Below, one piece after another: positions 13,024-25,031 of a stretch of DNA of 64,000 nt (positions are counted from its first letter, which is position 1; every line of letters starts with the position of its first letter). The translations under genes were made by a program, and so were the position numbers. The notes below the pieces were generated by a model that ran no database searches, had not been told where the DNA came from, and worked only from the letters and a program-made list of their open reading frames with translations. Source of the stretch: Octopus vulgaris (lineage: Eukaryota). Location of the stretch: assembly GCA_951406725.2 (NCBI GenBank), contig OX597828.1, forward strand, positions 77,934,001-77,998,000. The letters run 5' to 3'.

Positions 13024-13431
13024 TGAAATTTAAATGTTGAAGTGAATGTAACGGTTTTTGTGTGTTTCTTAAATGGCTTACAAACACCTTCCACGCTGCA
13101 ATATATATATACACACATATATATATATGTATGTATGCATGTATGTGTGTGTGTGTGCGTGTCTGTGCTTGTGATTGTCCTCCACCACTGCTTGACAACG
13201 AATGTTGGTTTGTTTACATCCCTGTCACCTAGTGGAAACAGATAGAATAAGTACAATGCTTACAAAAATAAAACTGGAGTTGATTCATTAAACTACAATT
13301 CTTCAAGGCATTGCCCCAGCATGGCCACAGACCAATGGCTGGAAAAAGCAGAAGAATAAAAGAATACATTCTCTGCTTTGGTCTTATGTTCAAGGCATAA
13401 GAAAGCTGGAGTTTACATGAGAAGGCCTAAC

Positions 13432-14125
13432 AGACCTGGTAGAAACAGCAGCCAAATCTCCCTCAAATCACACCTTACTGTCTTATGTATGTATATATAT
13501 ATGAGCCAATGAGGGGGACCTCTACATGGTAGCTAGACCTGGTAGAAATAGCAGCCAAATTTCCCCCAAATCACACCTTACTGTCTTATCTATGTATATA
13601 TGTATGTATGAGCCTATGAGGGAGACCCCTACATGGCAGCTAGACCTGGTAGAAATAGCAGCCAAATTTCCCCAAATCACACCTTACTGTCTTATCTATG
13701 TATATATGTATGTATGAGCCTATGAGGGAGACCCCTACATGGCAGCTAGACCTGGTAGAAATAGCAGCCAAATTTCCCCCAAATCACACCTTACTGTCTT
13801 ATCTATGTATATATGTATGTATGAGCCTATGAGGGAGACCCCTACATGGCAGCTAGACCTGTAGAAATAGCAGCCAAATTTCCCCCAAATCACACCTTAC
13901 TGTCTTATCTATGTATATATGTATGTATGAGCCTATGAGGAGACCCCTACATGGCAGCTAGACCTGGTAGAAATAGCAGCCAAATTTCCCCCAAATCACA
14001 CCTTACTGTCTTATCTATGTATATATGTATGTATGAGCCTATGAGGGAGACCCCTACATGGCAGCTAGACATGGTAGAAATAGCAGCCAAATCTCCCTCA
14101 AATCACACCTTACTGTCTTATCTTT
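13432..14125. repeat. ~103-107 bp minisatellite, 7 units
   Basis: Unit starts near 13432, 13535, 13642, 13748, 13855, 13960 and 14067. Confidence 0.9.
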
Positions 14126-14213
14126 CTGCTACTTATATTCGTCGTAAAAACTTTCCTGTCACACACTCACGCACACGCACACACACACACACACACACGC
14201 GCGCGCACCCTCA

Positions 14214-14246
<33 letters not shown>

Positions 14247-14619
14247 TCACACACACGCACGTTAGCTTACAATTTTATTTATATATTTGCGTGTCTGTGT
14301 TGAAAGAGGAAGTGGGAGGCAGAGTGAAAGAATCACTCACTACAGTAAGTAAATTACTTTCATTTTATTCGCTGCCCACTGTGTGTGTGCGTTTGCGTGT
14401 GCTGTAAACCAGACTAAGAAAAGCATTTGACACACACACCAGAATGTGAGTTTTCTGTAAATTTTGCTTAATTGGAGTTTAAATTTTAAAAACTGGACCT
14501 GGCATGACGCGATGCATTGTACTCTTAAAATTGCTAGGTAAATTGTAATTGAAGAAATCCTATATTGTAGATTTGTATAACTCCCAAAGGGAGGCAGATA
14601 AAATCTGCCTTTTATAATA

Positions 14620-14624
<5 letters not shown>

Positions 14625-14671
<47 letters not shown>

Positions 14672-14823
14672 GATGGGCTTCTTTCAGCTTCCTTCTACCA
14701 CACTCACAAGGCCTTGGTTGACCTGAGGCTATAGAAGAAGACACTTGCCAAAGGTGCCATGCAGTGGAACTGAACCCGAAACCATGTGGTTGGGAAGCGA
14801 ACTTCTAACCACACAGCCACACC
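14625..14823 (-). mobile_element. 5' half (tRNA head) of the type 1 SINE split by the Helitron dimer
   Basis: GGTGTGGCTGTGTGGTTAGAAG...GGGTTCAGTTCC head on minus, then (TA)n. Confidence 0.8.
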
Positions 14824-14873
<50 letters not shown>

Positions 14874-14888
14874 GACAGACAGACAGAC

Positions 14889-14934
<46 letters not shown>

Positions 14935-15642
14935 GATAGAGGTAAATATAAGCCACTGCATAGCTATGTGCTAAGTAATTTGCTTCTCAACTATATGGTT
15001 TTGAGTTTAGTCCCACAACAGGGCACCCTGGGTATGTCTTCTATTATAGCCAACCAAAGCTGGCCTGGAGCTATTATAGAATAATGTTGTGTTAGAACAC
15101 AGAATACTGTATTATTTACCATGAGAGAACCTCTCACTTGTAATTGTGGTGCATATAACTTAACCCTTTCGATAGCAACCTGCCTTAGGCTACCTCTGGT
15201 TCTACAATGCAAACTTCTTGTTCTAAAATTATCTGAATTAAAAGGTGCCATTTAATCCTTTAGCATTTAAACTGGTCCATATCTGGCCCCAAATATTCTG
15301 TTTTATATTGAAACTGTTGAAAATATATATTTACATAATCATTGTTAACATCTGCTCTCCATGCTGGTATGGGTTGGACGGTTTGAGCTGTCCAAACTGT
15401 TTGTTTTAGCCTGGGTTTCTATGGCTTGATGCCCTTCCTAATGCCAGGGGACTCTTTACATGGGTGCGTTTTAAGAGTCAACCAACTCCTGAAAGGACAA
15501 GGCTACATGTGTAGAAGTCAGTGGTTTTACTGAGCTTGACCTGTCTTATCAAGTACAGCAAATCACCCCACCTGCCACTCCCCTGTCATATATATATATA
15601 ACTTTCACTCCCCCTTCTTTAATTTTCTTCTATGCATTTTAA

Positions 15643-16038
15643 TGTTGTGATGTAAAAGAAGAAAAAAGATGGAGGCGAAGAGAGAATTATGGTAGTCTTA
15701 CCTGTCGTTCTGGCAAAAGGGTCACTTTCAACATCTACGTACTGTCTCAATCTCCAAGGTTCACTTCACGTCCATGTGTGCTATTCGTTGCTGTACTGTC
15801 TCACACGTCTGCTCTGATGTGCTGTTCACCACCGACCGACCCTCATGCTTCACTGAATGCTACATGTCCACCCCAGCACTTCCGGTGCGATCCACAGGCC
15901 CCACTTCTGACAGGACATGCCTACTCCCTCACTTCTGATCCTACCCTACAACACAGCCTGGCTCATAGCACCACACAACCCCTGATCTGTAGATCATTCA
16001 ACCAACCTGCCCATGCCCTCTTCTCAATTCTGACCACA
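15643..16038 (-). mobile_element. Probable 3' LTR of a Ty3/Gypsy element
   Basis: Minus strand TGTGGT...ACAACA termini, directly after the pol stop codon and a degenerate purine tract. Same layout as the solo LTR at 35423-35702. Confidence 0.55.
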
Positions 16039-16042
16039 CGCC

Positions 16043-16360
16043 TTAACTTGTCTTGTAATCAGCCAACCAACGAGGAAGGCACCGCTCTCTCTGAGAGTGC
16101 TGTAGGACTTCAGGACCGGCCTCAGTTCCTGGCGTGTTCCTGCCAGCTTCATCCTCTTCTCCATTACTGTTGGCCCCATCCTCCATCACAGTGATGATCC
16201 TGCACACATCCAAAACACGTCATGGCATGCCATCTATGGATACATTGTTCCTCGAATTCACAGAGGTTATTGTCCCCTTTTCCCACTGTGATGTGCACCA
16301 TGCATTTGGGGGCTTAACCCAGACTTCTTCTCCAACCTGCACAAAGGCATGCTCATAACA
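16043..16360 (-). pseudogene. Ty3/Gypsy integrase C-terminal remnant
   Basis: Manual translation: VQVGEEVWVKPPNAWCTSQWEKGTITSVNSRNNVSIDGMP*RVLDV...QHSQRERCLPRWLADYKTS*. Resembles the Gypsy integrase C-terminus ending in an RSxRxRxxPxxLxDY-type motif. Confidence 0.65.
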
Positions 16361-16975
16361 CCACACAATGCACCGGTTCCTCTTCAGTCTCTCTTTCGAC
16401 CTCTTGTTCCTTTGCTCCTGCCATATCTTTCTATTCCTTTTCTCCTTTTCTCACTAAATCTAGTTAATTTCCTTAAAACCATTTTAAATTTCTAGATTCC
16501 CTTACTACCTGGCTTTTCATAAATGTATATGCGTATATACCTGTTTCTTCTATCGTATGTATCTATATGTTTGGTGTACACAATAATATATATGTCATTA
16601 GTAAGTGTGTGAATGGCTTTGTTATAGTGTGTTTGTGTCTGTCGATGTTTTGGGATGCGTGTACCCTTCTGTATGTGTGTGAACTCCCATAACCTAATAA
16701 TAATTTCCTGCAAATTTTCTTTTATTTTTTCTTCCATCTTACTTCATATATATATATGCATATATACATATATACATATATGTATATGTGTATATATATA
16801 TATATATATACATATATACATAAATATATATATGTATATATGTATATATATAATAATAAAGGGCAAAATTAATTAATTAATTAGTTATTAATAATTCCAC
16901 CAAGTAGTGTTCGGCATGTTAAAAGGACCTTTTTCACTAAACTTAAACAAAATTTTTTATAATTATGAGTATAAT

Positions 16976-17216
16976 TATAATTAGGGTTCAGCAAAAAAAT
17001 TTACTTTACCACACACTGAACTTTTAGAAATAGCAGCCAAAGAATTTAGCTATTTCCTCTACTATAAGAAGAGTCTCCCAGACAATGTATACTCAAAAAC
17101 AATTCATTGTCTGGGAGACTCTTCTTATAGTAGAGGAAATAGCTAAATTCTTTGGCTGCTATTTCTAAAAGTTCAGTGTGTGGTAAAGTAAATTTTTTTG
17201 CTGAACCCTAATTATA
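16976..17216. repeat. Fold-back palindrome, 112 bp arms, 17 bp spacer
   Basis: Arms 16976-17087 and 17105-17216 look identical in reverse complement. Imperfect outer inverted arms at ~16850-16930 and ~17245-17305. Confidence 0.9.
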
Positions 17217-17304
17217 TAAAGTAATGTTTTAAATATACCGTAATGGGTCTTTACATACTGAACACTACTTGGTAAAATTATTAATTAATTTTACCCTTAT
17301 TATT

Positions 17305-17351
<47 letters not shown>

Positions 17352-17545
17352 ATATATACACATATACACATATATATGTGTATATATACACATATACACA
17401 TATATTAGAATTTTCTCTGACTCCTCAGATTTTTGTATGCTGGACTACTGGTTTTAAATTGATATTAAAATTAATATTAATTTATCTCCCTCATTATTAT
17501 TTATATATATATATATATATACACATATATGTATATATGTGTGTG

Positions 17546-17589
<44 letters not shown>

Positions 17590-17645
17590 TGTATATAAGT
17601 GTGTGTGTGTGTATGTTTATATATATATATATATATATACATATA

Positions 17646-17676
<31 letters not shown>

Positions 17677-17937
17677 GTGCATGCACACACATATACGTGC
17701 ATGCATTCAACAAAAAATGCAAGAACTATCTTTCAAACAAAAAGCTTGAGAACTGTGCGGAAAACAAAATGTAATGATGTCTGTGTGTGTTTTTACAATT
17801 CAAGATTGTATTGGTGAATCACTTAACATCTACAAAAGCAACAAAAAGAAAAACACATCTCCTAAATGTTGCATGCAATAATTTTAATATAGACAAGGTG
17901 GAGCCAGAACGGCAAAAGTGGTAGCACTAATGATATC

Positions 17938-17940
<3 letters not shown>

Positions 17941-18020
<80 letters not shown>

Positions 18021-18052
18021 CCTCTCTCTCTCCCTCTCAGCTCTCTCTCTCT
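17941..18052. repeat. (CT)n microsatellite
   Basis: Directly visible. Confidence 0.95.
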
Positions 18053-18126
18053 TTGTGACCTCGTGTGTACCGTTGGCGATTTTTTTTTCCTCTGTCTTCC
18101 CTTCTCTGGATCTTTCCTTCTCCTAT

Positions 18127-18161
18127 GTTTCCGACGAAGAGCTCCACTCGAAACGTTAAAC
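18127..18161 (+). ncRNA. Minimal hammerhead-like motif (CCGACGA core)
   Basis: GTTT CCGACGA A GAG-CTCCA-CTC GAAA CG TT AAAC. Stems I and II pair; palindromic AACGTT at stem III. Confidence 0.6.
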
Positions 18162-18329
18162 CCTCCTTCTTTCCTTCTTTCCTGAGCGTCCAATAATACT
18201 ATATTTTTTCCACGTCCTCGCGTTGTTGTGTTTTTTTGTGCTTTCTTTTTTGGATTAACTATATATATTATTATGGAGATGTACTTGCATAGCAAGTGAC
18301 TTGATCTGAGATCGTGTGCTGGAACGAAA

Positions 18330-18604
18330 ACAATTGCAGCGTGGAAGGTTTATAAGCCATTTAAGAAACACACAAAACCGTTAGATTCACTTCAACATAT
18401 AAAGTTTTAATTTGTCAAAATATTTTCGTCGCTTTGAGACCGCGACCTGTTCACTGACAAAGCACAAATCTTTGTCAGTGAACAGGTCGCGGCCTCAAAG
18501 CGACGAAAATATTTTGACAAATTAAAACTTTATATGTTGAAGTGAATCTAATGGTTTTGTGTGTTTTTTAAATGGCTTATAAACACCTTCCATGCTGCAA
18601 TTGT
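18330..18604. repeat. Fold-back palindrome carrying two back-to-back G3-C8 hammerhead motifs
   Basis: 7-nt apex at 18463-18469. Complete motifs at 18411-18461 (minus) and 18471-18521 (plus), each with a perfect 7-bp stem I. Confidence 0.9.
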
Positions 18605-18627
18605 GTATATATATATATATAAGGCAA

Positions 18628-18696
18628 CAGAAATTCAACAAAACCTGTTACTCGGAGTTTCACGTTCTCCGAGTAACAGGTTTTGTTGAATTTCTG
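18628..18696. repeat. Short fold-back, 30 bp arms
   Basis: CAGAAATTCAACAAAACCTGTTACTCGGAG-tttcacgtt-reverse complement. Confidence 0.85.
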
Positions 18697-18780
18697 CTAC
18701 TTTTAAATAAAGCATATTACTCTACCCCAGGTATTTGAGTACTTTTTTTCCACCTTGTTTCACATTTATGTGTTTACTCC

Positions 18781-18852
<72 letters not shown>

Positions 18853-18855
<3 letters not shown>

Positions 18856-20447
18856 TCATCATTTAGCGTCCGCTTTCCATACTAGCATGGGTTGGACGGT
18901 TCAACTGGAGTCTGATCTGGCAATGTTTCTACGGCTGGATGCCCTTCCTAATGCCAACCACTCCGTGAGTGTAGTGGGTGCTTTTTACGTGCCACCGGCA
19001 CAGGTGCCAGACAAGCAGTCACGGTCGGATGGTGCTTTTTACGTGCCACCGGCACAGAAGCCAGTCAAGGCGGCGCTGGCATCGGCCACATTCGGATGGT
19101 ACTTTTTACGTGCCACTGGCACAGGTATCACAACTACTATTTCCATTTGATATTTATTTCGATGTTCATGTACTTGACTCAATAGGTCTCCTCAAGCACA
19201 GCAGGTCGTTCTGCAATCCAAAGTACCTTGAATGGGCTGGGGCTATGCGAAACTGGAGCAGGAAGCAGCCCGGGTCTTTGCAGTCACAGCATATCTCCAG
19301 AGATCTCGGTCCTTCGTCATTGCCTCTGTGAGGCCCAACGCTCGGAGGTCATGCTCGACTACCTCATCCCATGTCTTCTTGGGTCTACCTCTTCCCCTGA
19401 TACCTTCAACTGTTTGGGAGTGGCACTTCTTCACACATCTCTCCTCATCCACCCGCAGTACATGACCATACCAACGCAAGCATCTCTCTTGCACACCACA
19501 TCTGATGCTTCTTATGTCCAGCATTTCTCTCAGGGTGCTTACCCTCTGTCGTGCGCGCACACTGACATTACACATCCAGCGGATCATGCTAGCTTCATTC
19601 CTTTCAAGTCTACGCATGTCCTCTGCAGTCACAGCCCATGTTTCACTACCCTGAAGCATGGCAGTTCGCACACATGCATCATACAATCTATCTTTCACTC
19701 TGAGCGAGAGACCCTTTGTCGCCAGTAGGGGTAGGAGCTTTCTAAACTTTGCCCAGGCTATTCGTATTCTAGTGGTGACACTCTCTGAGCATCCACCTCC
19801 ACTACTAACTTGGTCACCTAGGTAGCAGAAATTATCAACTACTTCTAGTTTCTTCCCCTAGAGTGTGATGGAATCTGTTTTCTGAGTATCTGTGGTGTCT
19901 ATTGTCCCTGTGCATCTGCCACACATGAAAGCTATCTTATCAGTTAATTTCCCTTTGATGTTGCTGCACCTCTTATGCGTCCATAGCTTACACTGGGTAC
20001 ATCTTATGGAGTTTCTACCTACACCTTTCCTACAGATCGAGCAGGGCCACCTGCCCGAGGGTGTGTGTGATGAGGTCGCCTTTCTGCTTACTATAACTTT
20101 GGTCTTCGCTACATTTACTCTAAGGCCCTTTGATTCTAAACCGAGCTTCCACACCCAAAATTTCTTTTCTAGTTCCGGTAGTGATTCTGCTATGAGGGCC
20201 AGGTCATCAGCATAGAGGAGCTCCCAGGGGCAACTTGTTTTGAATTCCTCTGTTATTGCCTGGAGGACTATGATGAATAAAAGGGGACTGAGGGCTGAAC
20301 CTTGGTGGACACCTAATTCTACCCGGAATTCTTCACTATATTCGTTGCCAATCCTAACCTTGCTGACAGCCTCTCTGTATAGGGCCTATAGTGCCCTTAT
20401 TAGCCATTCATCAATCTCCAGTTTCCGCATCGACCACCAGATAAGGG
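18853..20447 (-). mobile_element. 5'-truncated RTE-clade LINE (second family) with RT, PHD-like finger, 3' UTR and (ATG)n tail
   Basis: Minus translation GVHQGSALSPLLF, ELLYADD, KTKV, C4HC3 finger, FCYLG, MLQGSETW, LRWYGHV, RGRGRPKKTW. One in-frame TAG at 19858-19860. Confidence 0.92.
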
Positions 20448-20494
20448 ATATATATATATGTGTGTGTGTGTGTTTATATATATATATATATATA

Positions 20495-20530
20495 CTAGCT
20501 GAAGGTGACCCGCTCTACGCGCGGGTAAGA
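20495..20530 (-). mobile_element. Helitron 3' terminus (family C)
   Basis: Minus: ACCCGC-GCGTAGA-GCGGGT hairpin, CACCTTCAG, CTAG, followed by T in a (TA)n tract. Confidence 0.7.
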
Positions 20531-21825
20531 GTGTGGGTGTTACTTTCTGTTGCTTCCTTTCAGCACGTAAAAAGCACCATCCGAACGTGGCCGATTGCAG
20601 CACCGCCTTGACTTGCTTCTGTGCTGGTGGCACGTAAAAAGCACCAACCGATCGTTGCCACTGCGAGCCCCCCTGGCACCAGTGCCGTCGGCACGAAAAA
20701 AGCACTCACTACACTCACAGTGTGGTTGGCGTTAGGAAGGTCATCCATCTGTAGAAACACTGCCAGATCAGACTGGAGCCTGGTGCAGCCTCCTGGCTTC
20801 CGAGACCCGGTCACACTGCCCAACCCGTATTTGTTTCTCTCCGTATTTGTTTCTCTCTCCTTTCTCTCTCACTTTCCCACTCTCTTACTTTTCTTTTCTC
20901 TCTGACTCTCCCTCACTTTCTCTTACTCTCTATCTTTATCTATCTCTCTCCCATTTATAAACAACAGAAGATCTTGAGTAAGTTGAGAAATAAAATATTT
21001 AGAAAGATCAATCAGAAATATGAGGCAGTGGCAATGGAAAGGTCTGCTTCAAGGCAGACAGCAAAACGCTAACATTCAAAAGGGACAGACGAACTTGCGA
21101 GCTGAATAAAAATAATGAAATATTGGAAACCAAAGTTTGAAGGGATAGAATTTGAGGATTGTAGAGTCACCATGGCTGGCATTTGTTAACGACGGACAGC
21201 AACGTAGTGACAGTTTAACGGCTGGCGTAAAATTTTGAACTTGATGTAAAAGAAAATTCGTAAACACCAATTTTTGAAGTGATTCTTTCTCACGACAGTA
21301 GACTCACCATGGCAAGCATTCAAAACTTCTTTATCATGGACGGCAACACATTGACGATTAAAAGGCTGGCGCAAATTTTTTAGCTTGATGTAACAGAGAA
21401 TTGCTAAACACCCGCTCTTTGAAATTTTAATCCCCTTCCAGCCCCATTTAGACCCCTTTTCACATTTTGGTTAATATAACCCGATTTCATTCGGGTGTAC
21501 TGGGGCCACATTTTATAAGATGAGGAATTTTTTCCTAGAGGTGACGCCTTTCATTTGAGGAACAAAATAGTTGTGATGCAAACTTGTCAGCACCTTTAAC
21601 ATAGGTGTGCATATTTTCAGGTGAATCGACCGACTACGTAATGCACACATATATATGTGTATATATATATATGTGTGTGTGTGCACGCATTATATATACA
21701 AATGTATACAAATGAGATATATATCTGTATAAATTAAATTAGAGATAAAACCACTAATAGGCAAATCAAACAGTGAAAAACCAAAAACAAAAACATAAAA
21801 AAAGAAAATATAACATAGAAAATAT

Positions 21826-22341
21826 ATATATATATATAAAACTGTAGTTGTGTGAGTGTCTGTCCCCTTCGATTTAGATTCCTAACTACTCCCAAATTTT
21901 GCGGTGCAGTTTAACCAAATTCGGGTATCTTATAGTCGTGATTCATATCGAGCCCGTCTGGGTATTAGCGCGCGTCTACGATGAGTGTACGATTTTAAAC
22001 ATAATTTAACATCATTTTTTATTCCATTTTAATGCATATTTTTTCGTGTGTCGATGGCGGCGGAGTTGGCGTCCACGCTCACGCCTGCACCTGTGTTGCT
22101 TCTCCCCCTTCTTCCCTCCCTCGTGAAGCTGTGGGGAAGGGAGTGTAAGGAAATCAACGTCGTAATGCGTTGTGAAGGAGACCAGCGTTCTTTTAGAACA
22201 ACGACTTCATGGCTTGAAGTCGCCAAAACAGAAATCGCTAAAAAAGCTGAAACAGATCCACAAAAACGGCAAAAACGCCACACAGGGCAGGTTTCCTGTG
22301 CAAACAATTTGCACAACCGAATGTTTTAGTTGTTGCACAAA
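21826..22341 (+). mobile_element. Family A-related Helitron 5' portion without its own 3' end
   Basis: TATATAAAACTGTAG start; shares the GATTTAGATTCCTAACTACTCCC...GCGCGCGTCTACGATGAG block with family A. Confidence 0.7.
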
Positions 22342-22728
22342 TCTTTATATATAAAAGTAAGGTTGTGTGTCTGTCTCCTACGATTTAGATTCCTAACTAC
22401 TCCCACATTTTGCGGTGCAGTGTAACCAAAACCGGGTATCTTATAGTCGTGATTCATATCGAGCCCTTCTGGGTATTAGCGCGCGTCTACGATAAGTCTA
22501 CGATTTAAAAAAAATTTACCATCATTTTTTATTCCATTTTAATGCATTTTTCGCTATTATATAAGGGAAGTAACTCTGTAAAAATGTCTACGATGAGTCA
22601 ACGATTTAAAAAAGAAATTACTATCATTTTTTATTCCATCTTTAATGCATTTTTTGCTATAACTCACTAAAAATGCTTATATAGTTATTTCCCTTACAAA
22701 CCCGAGCAACGCCGGGCGATACTGCTAG
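22342..22728 (+). mobile_element. Helitron family A, third copy
   Basis: A|TCTTTATATATAAAAG ... CCCGAGCAACGCCGGG CGATACTG CTAG|T. Confidence 0.88.
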
Positions 22729-22877
22729 TAAAATATAAAATTGAAAACTTTAAATTATTTAAATTGAAAATAAAAATTATGAAATTATATTTATAATTTG
22801 TTTAAAAATATATATAACTATGAAAAAGTATGAAAAAGTTTAATATACATAAATACAGATATATACACTTTGTATAT

Positions 22878-23100
22878 ATACATTATATATACATATTTAT
22901 ATATAGAACACACACACACACATACATTATATATACATATTTATATATAGAACACACACACACACATACATTATATATACATATTTATATATAGAACACA
23001 CACACACACATACATTATATATACATATTTATATATAGAACACACACATACATTATATATACATATATATATAGAACACACACACACACACACACACACA
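22878..23100. repeat. ~40-44 bp minisatellite (about 5 units)
   Basis: CATTATATATACATATTTATATATAGAACACACACAC repeated. Confidence 0.85.
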
Positions 23101-23119
23101 TATAAATGAACGCAAGAAT

Positions 23120-23513
23120 ATCTGATTCATAATATTTGTTCTCATGCTCGTGTGTTGATTGTTGGTGACAGACATATACTTCAAAGAACGCCGCCGAAGT
23201 GATAGGAAGGTAGGAAACAGAGTCAGTGAAAAAGAAAGGAAATAGCGATAGTGACAGATACTTTAAATAACCGTAGTGGACTTCTGAAAGTTATAAATGA
23301 AGAGGAGTGACAGAGTACTGGAGGAAATAGGGTGAGGTAGGAAGATGGCCCCTAGAAACCACAGCTTTTAAGATAGGGATTTCTAAGGTAGCCCACGCGC
23401 ATCGTCACCTCATTCTACATGTCCCTGTAAATTTTGGAGCGAATCGGACGGGTCGTAGTGGCATTGAAAGCGATCCAAGCGGTAAAAACGCATTTCAGTT
23501 TTATATATAGAGA
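23120..23513 (-). mobile_element. Probable Helitron 5' segment
   Basis: Minus strand begins A|TCTCTATATATAAAACTG, like the other Helitron 5' ends. Left boundary uncertain. Confidence 0.5.
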
Positions 23514-23574
23514 TATATATTACCGACCAACCCATGCCAGCATGGAAAACAGACATTAAATGATGATGATGATG

Positions 23575-23642
<68 letters not shown>

Positions 23643-25031
23643 TGTATGTATGGCCCGCACACACGCATAGACACATGTATGCATGTATATACGCACACGA
23701 GGATGCGTGCACCCACACCGTGTGTACGCACACGCACAAGCACATACTAAAAGCCAACACACGCAGGGCACATATACACGCATGCCACACGGATACACCC
23801 AACAGACATGGACACACATGCAAGCAGACACATACACACTAACGCACGCGCAACACACTAATAGACATTAACCACACACATACACGCACACATACACACA
23901 CACGAATGGGCACACATATACACACACTATCCTACCCCCAAAAATTCTTTAAACAACACACATCTATTTACACCACCCTGGAACCAATCAAAAACAACCC
24001 ACACACACACACAAACACATGTATACATGTATATGCACACACACAAGGACACACACACTCACACCAATCTCACCTCCATACAGACACACATATACACACG
24101 CAGCACCATGCCAAATGCCATCCACACACATACATGCATACACACACACACACACAACACCAAGACAACCACACACGCGGTTGACAAACAGACACACCAT
24201 CCTACCAGATCTTACAGACACACAGACACATCTATTCACACCACATATGTATGTATGCACACACACATACACACAAAGACACACACACTCACCTCATCCT
24301 GACCCCAAAATCATTGATGCTTGAAGGAGAGACGAAAAAAACAAAAAAAGAAAAAAAGGGTACATTCTTTTCAGTTCCACATTTCTCCTAAAACGGACAG
24401 GTCAGTTTTAGCTTCACCACTATTATAATGTAAATCTTTTTGAACTCATAATATTCTGTATGTGTATACTGAACTTTTTTAATAATTCCTCCTGGAAATT
24501 ACCTTGAGATGTATAATATATTTGTTTTAATCTTTTCTGCCCATTATTTCAATGAGCTTGTTAAACTTTTTTATATTCTCAACATACTGTTGTCACCAAA
24601 GAATGTATATTTATATGGATTATAGTACCCTGTGTCAACCAATATTCTGTGCATGTTTGAATATACAGATACAATACCAATATCAATTCCTTCTGGAAAC
24701 TATCTTAAGTATGTCCTTGAAAACGATTATTTATGTAATCTTTTGTGCCCAATATTTTAAGGAACTTGTTGAACTTTTTTATGTCCTTAACATGTCCCTG
24801 TTACCAAAGACTGTATATATGTAATGTAGCAATTTGCAACAACCAATAATTAACTCAACCAAACTTCTACATGTTACTTTTGACAATCTTTTTCCAAAGA
24901 GTGAAACCGGTAAAGTAAATAAACATCTTTTAAATTGCATTTTCAAACCTTCTTTCGTATATATATATATATATATATACACTTACATAAAGACCAAAAG
25001 GGTACGGGCGCCGCTATATATGTATATATAT

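Larger units (their letters stand above)
10340..14624 (-). mobile_element. Tandem dimer of a composite Helitron (units 10340-12278 and 12279-14624)
   Basis: Two near-identical units. Each starts with a Helitron-type 5' end (TCTTATTATAAAAG) and ends in the family A hairpin + CTAG. CTAG|TC junction at 12279/12278. Confidence 0.75.

Noticed and set aside
13432-14125. CRISPR-like regular array
   Set aside because: Whole units are near-identical with no unique spacers and no cas genes; it is a minisatellite.
18642-18666. GAAACTCCGAGTAACAGG on minus, like an HHR 3' half
   Set aside because: The 5' core is absent because the fold-back truncates it; cannot be confirmed from this window.
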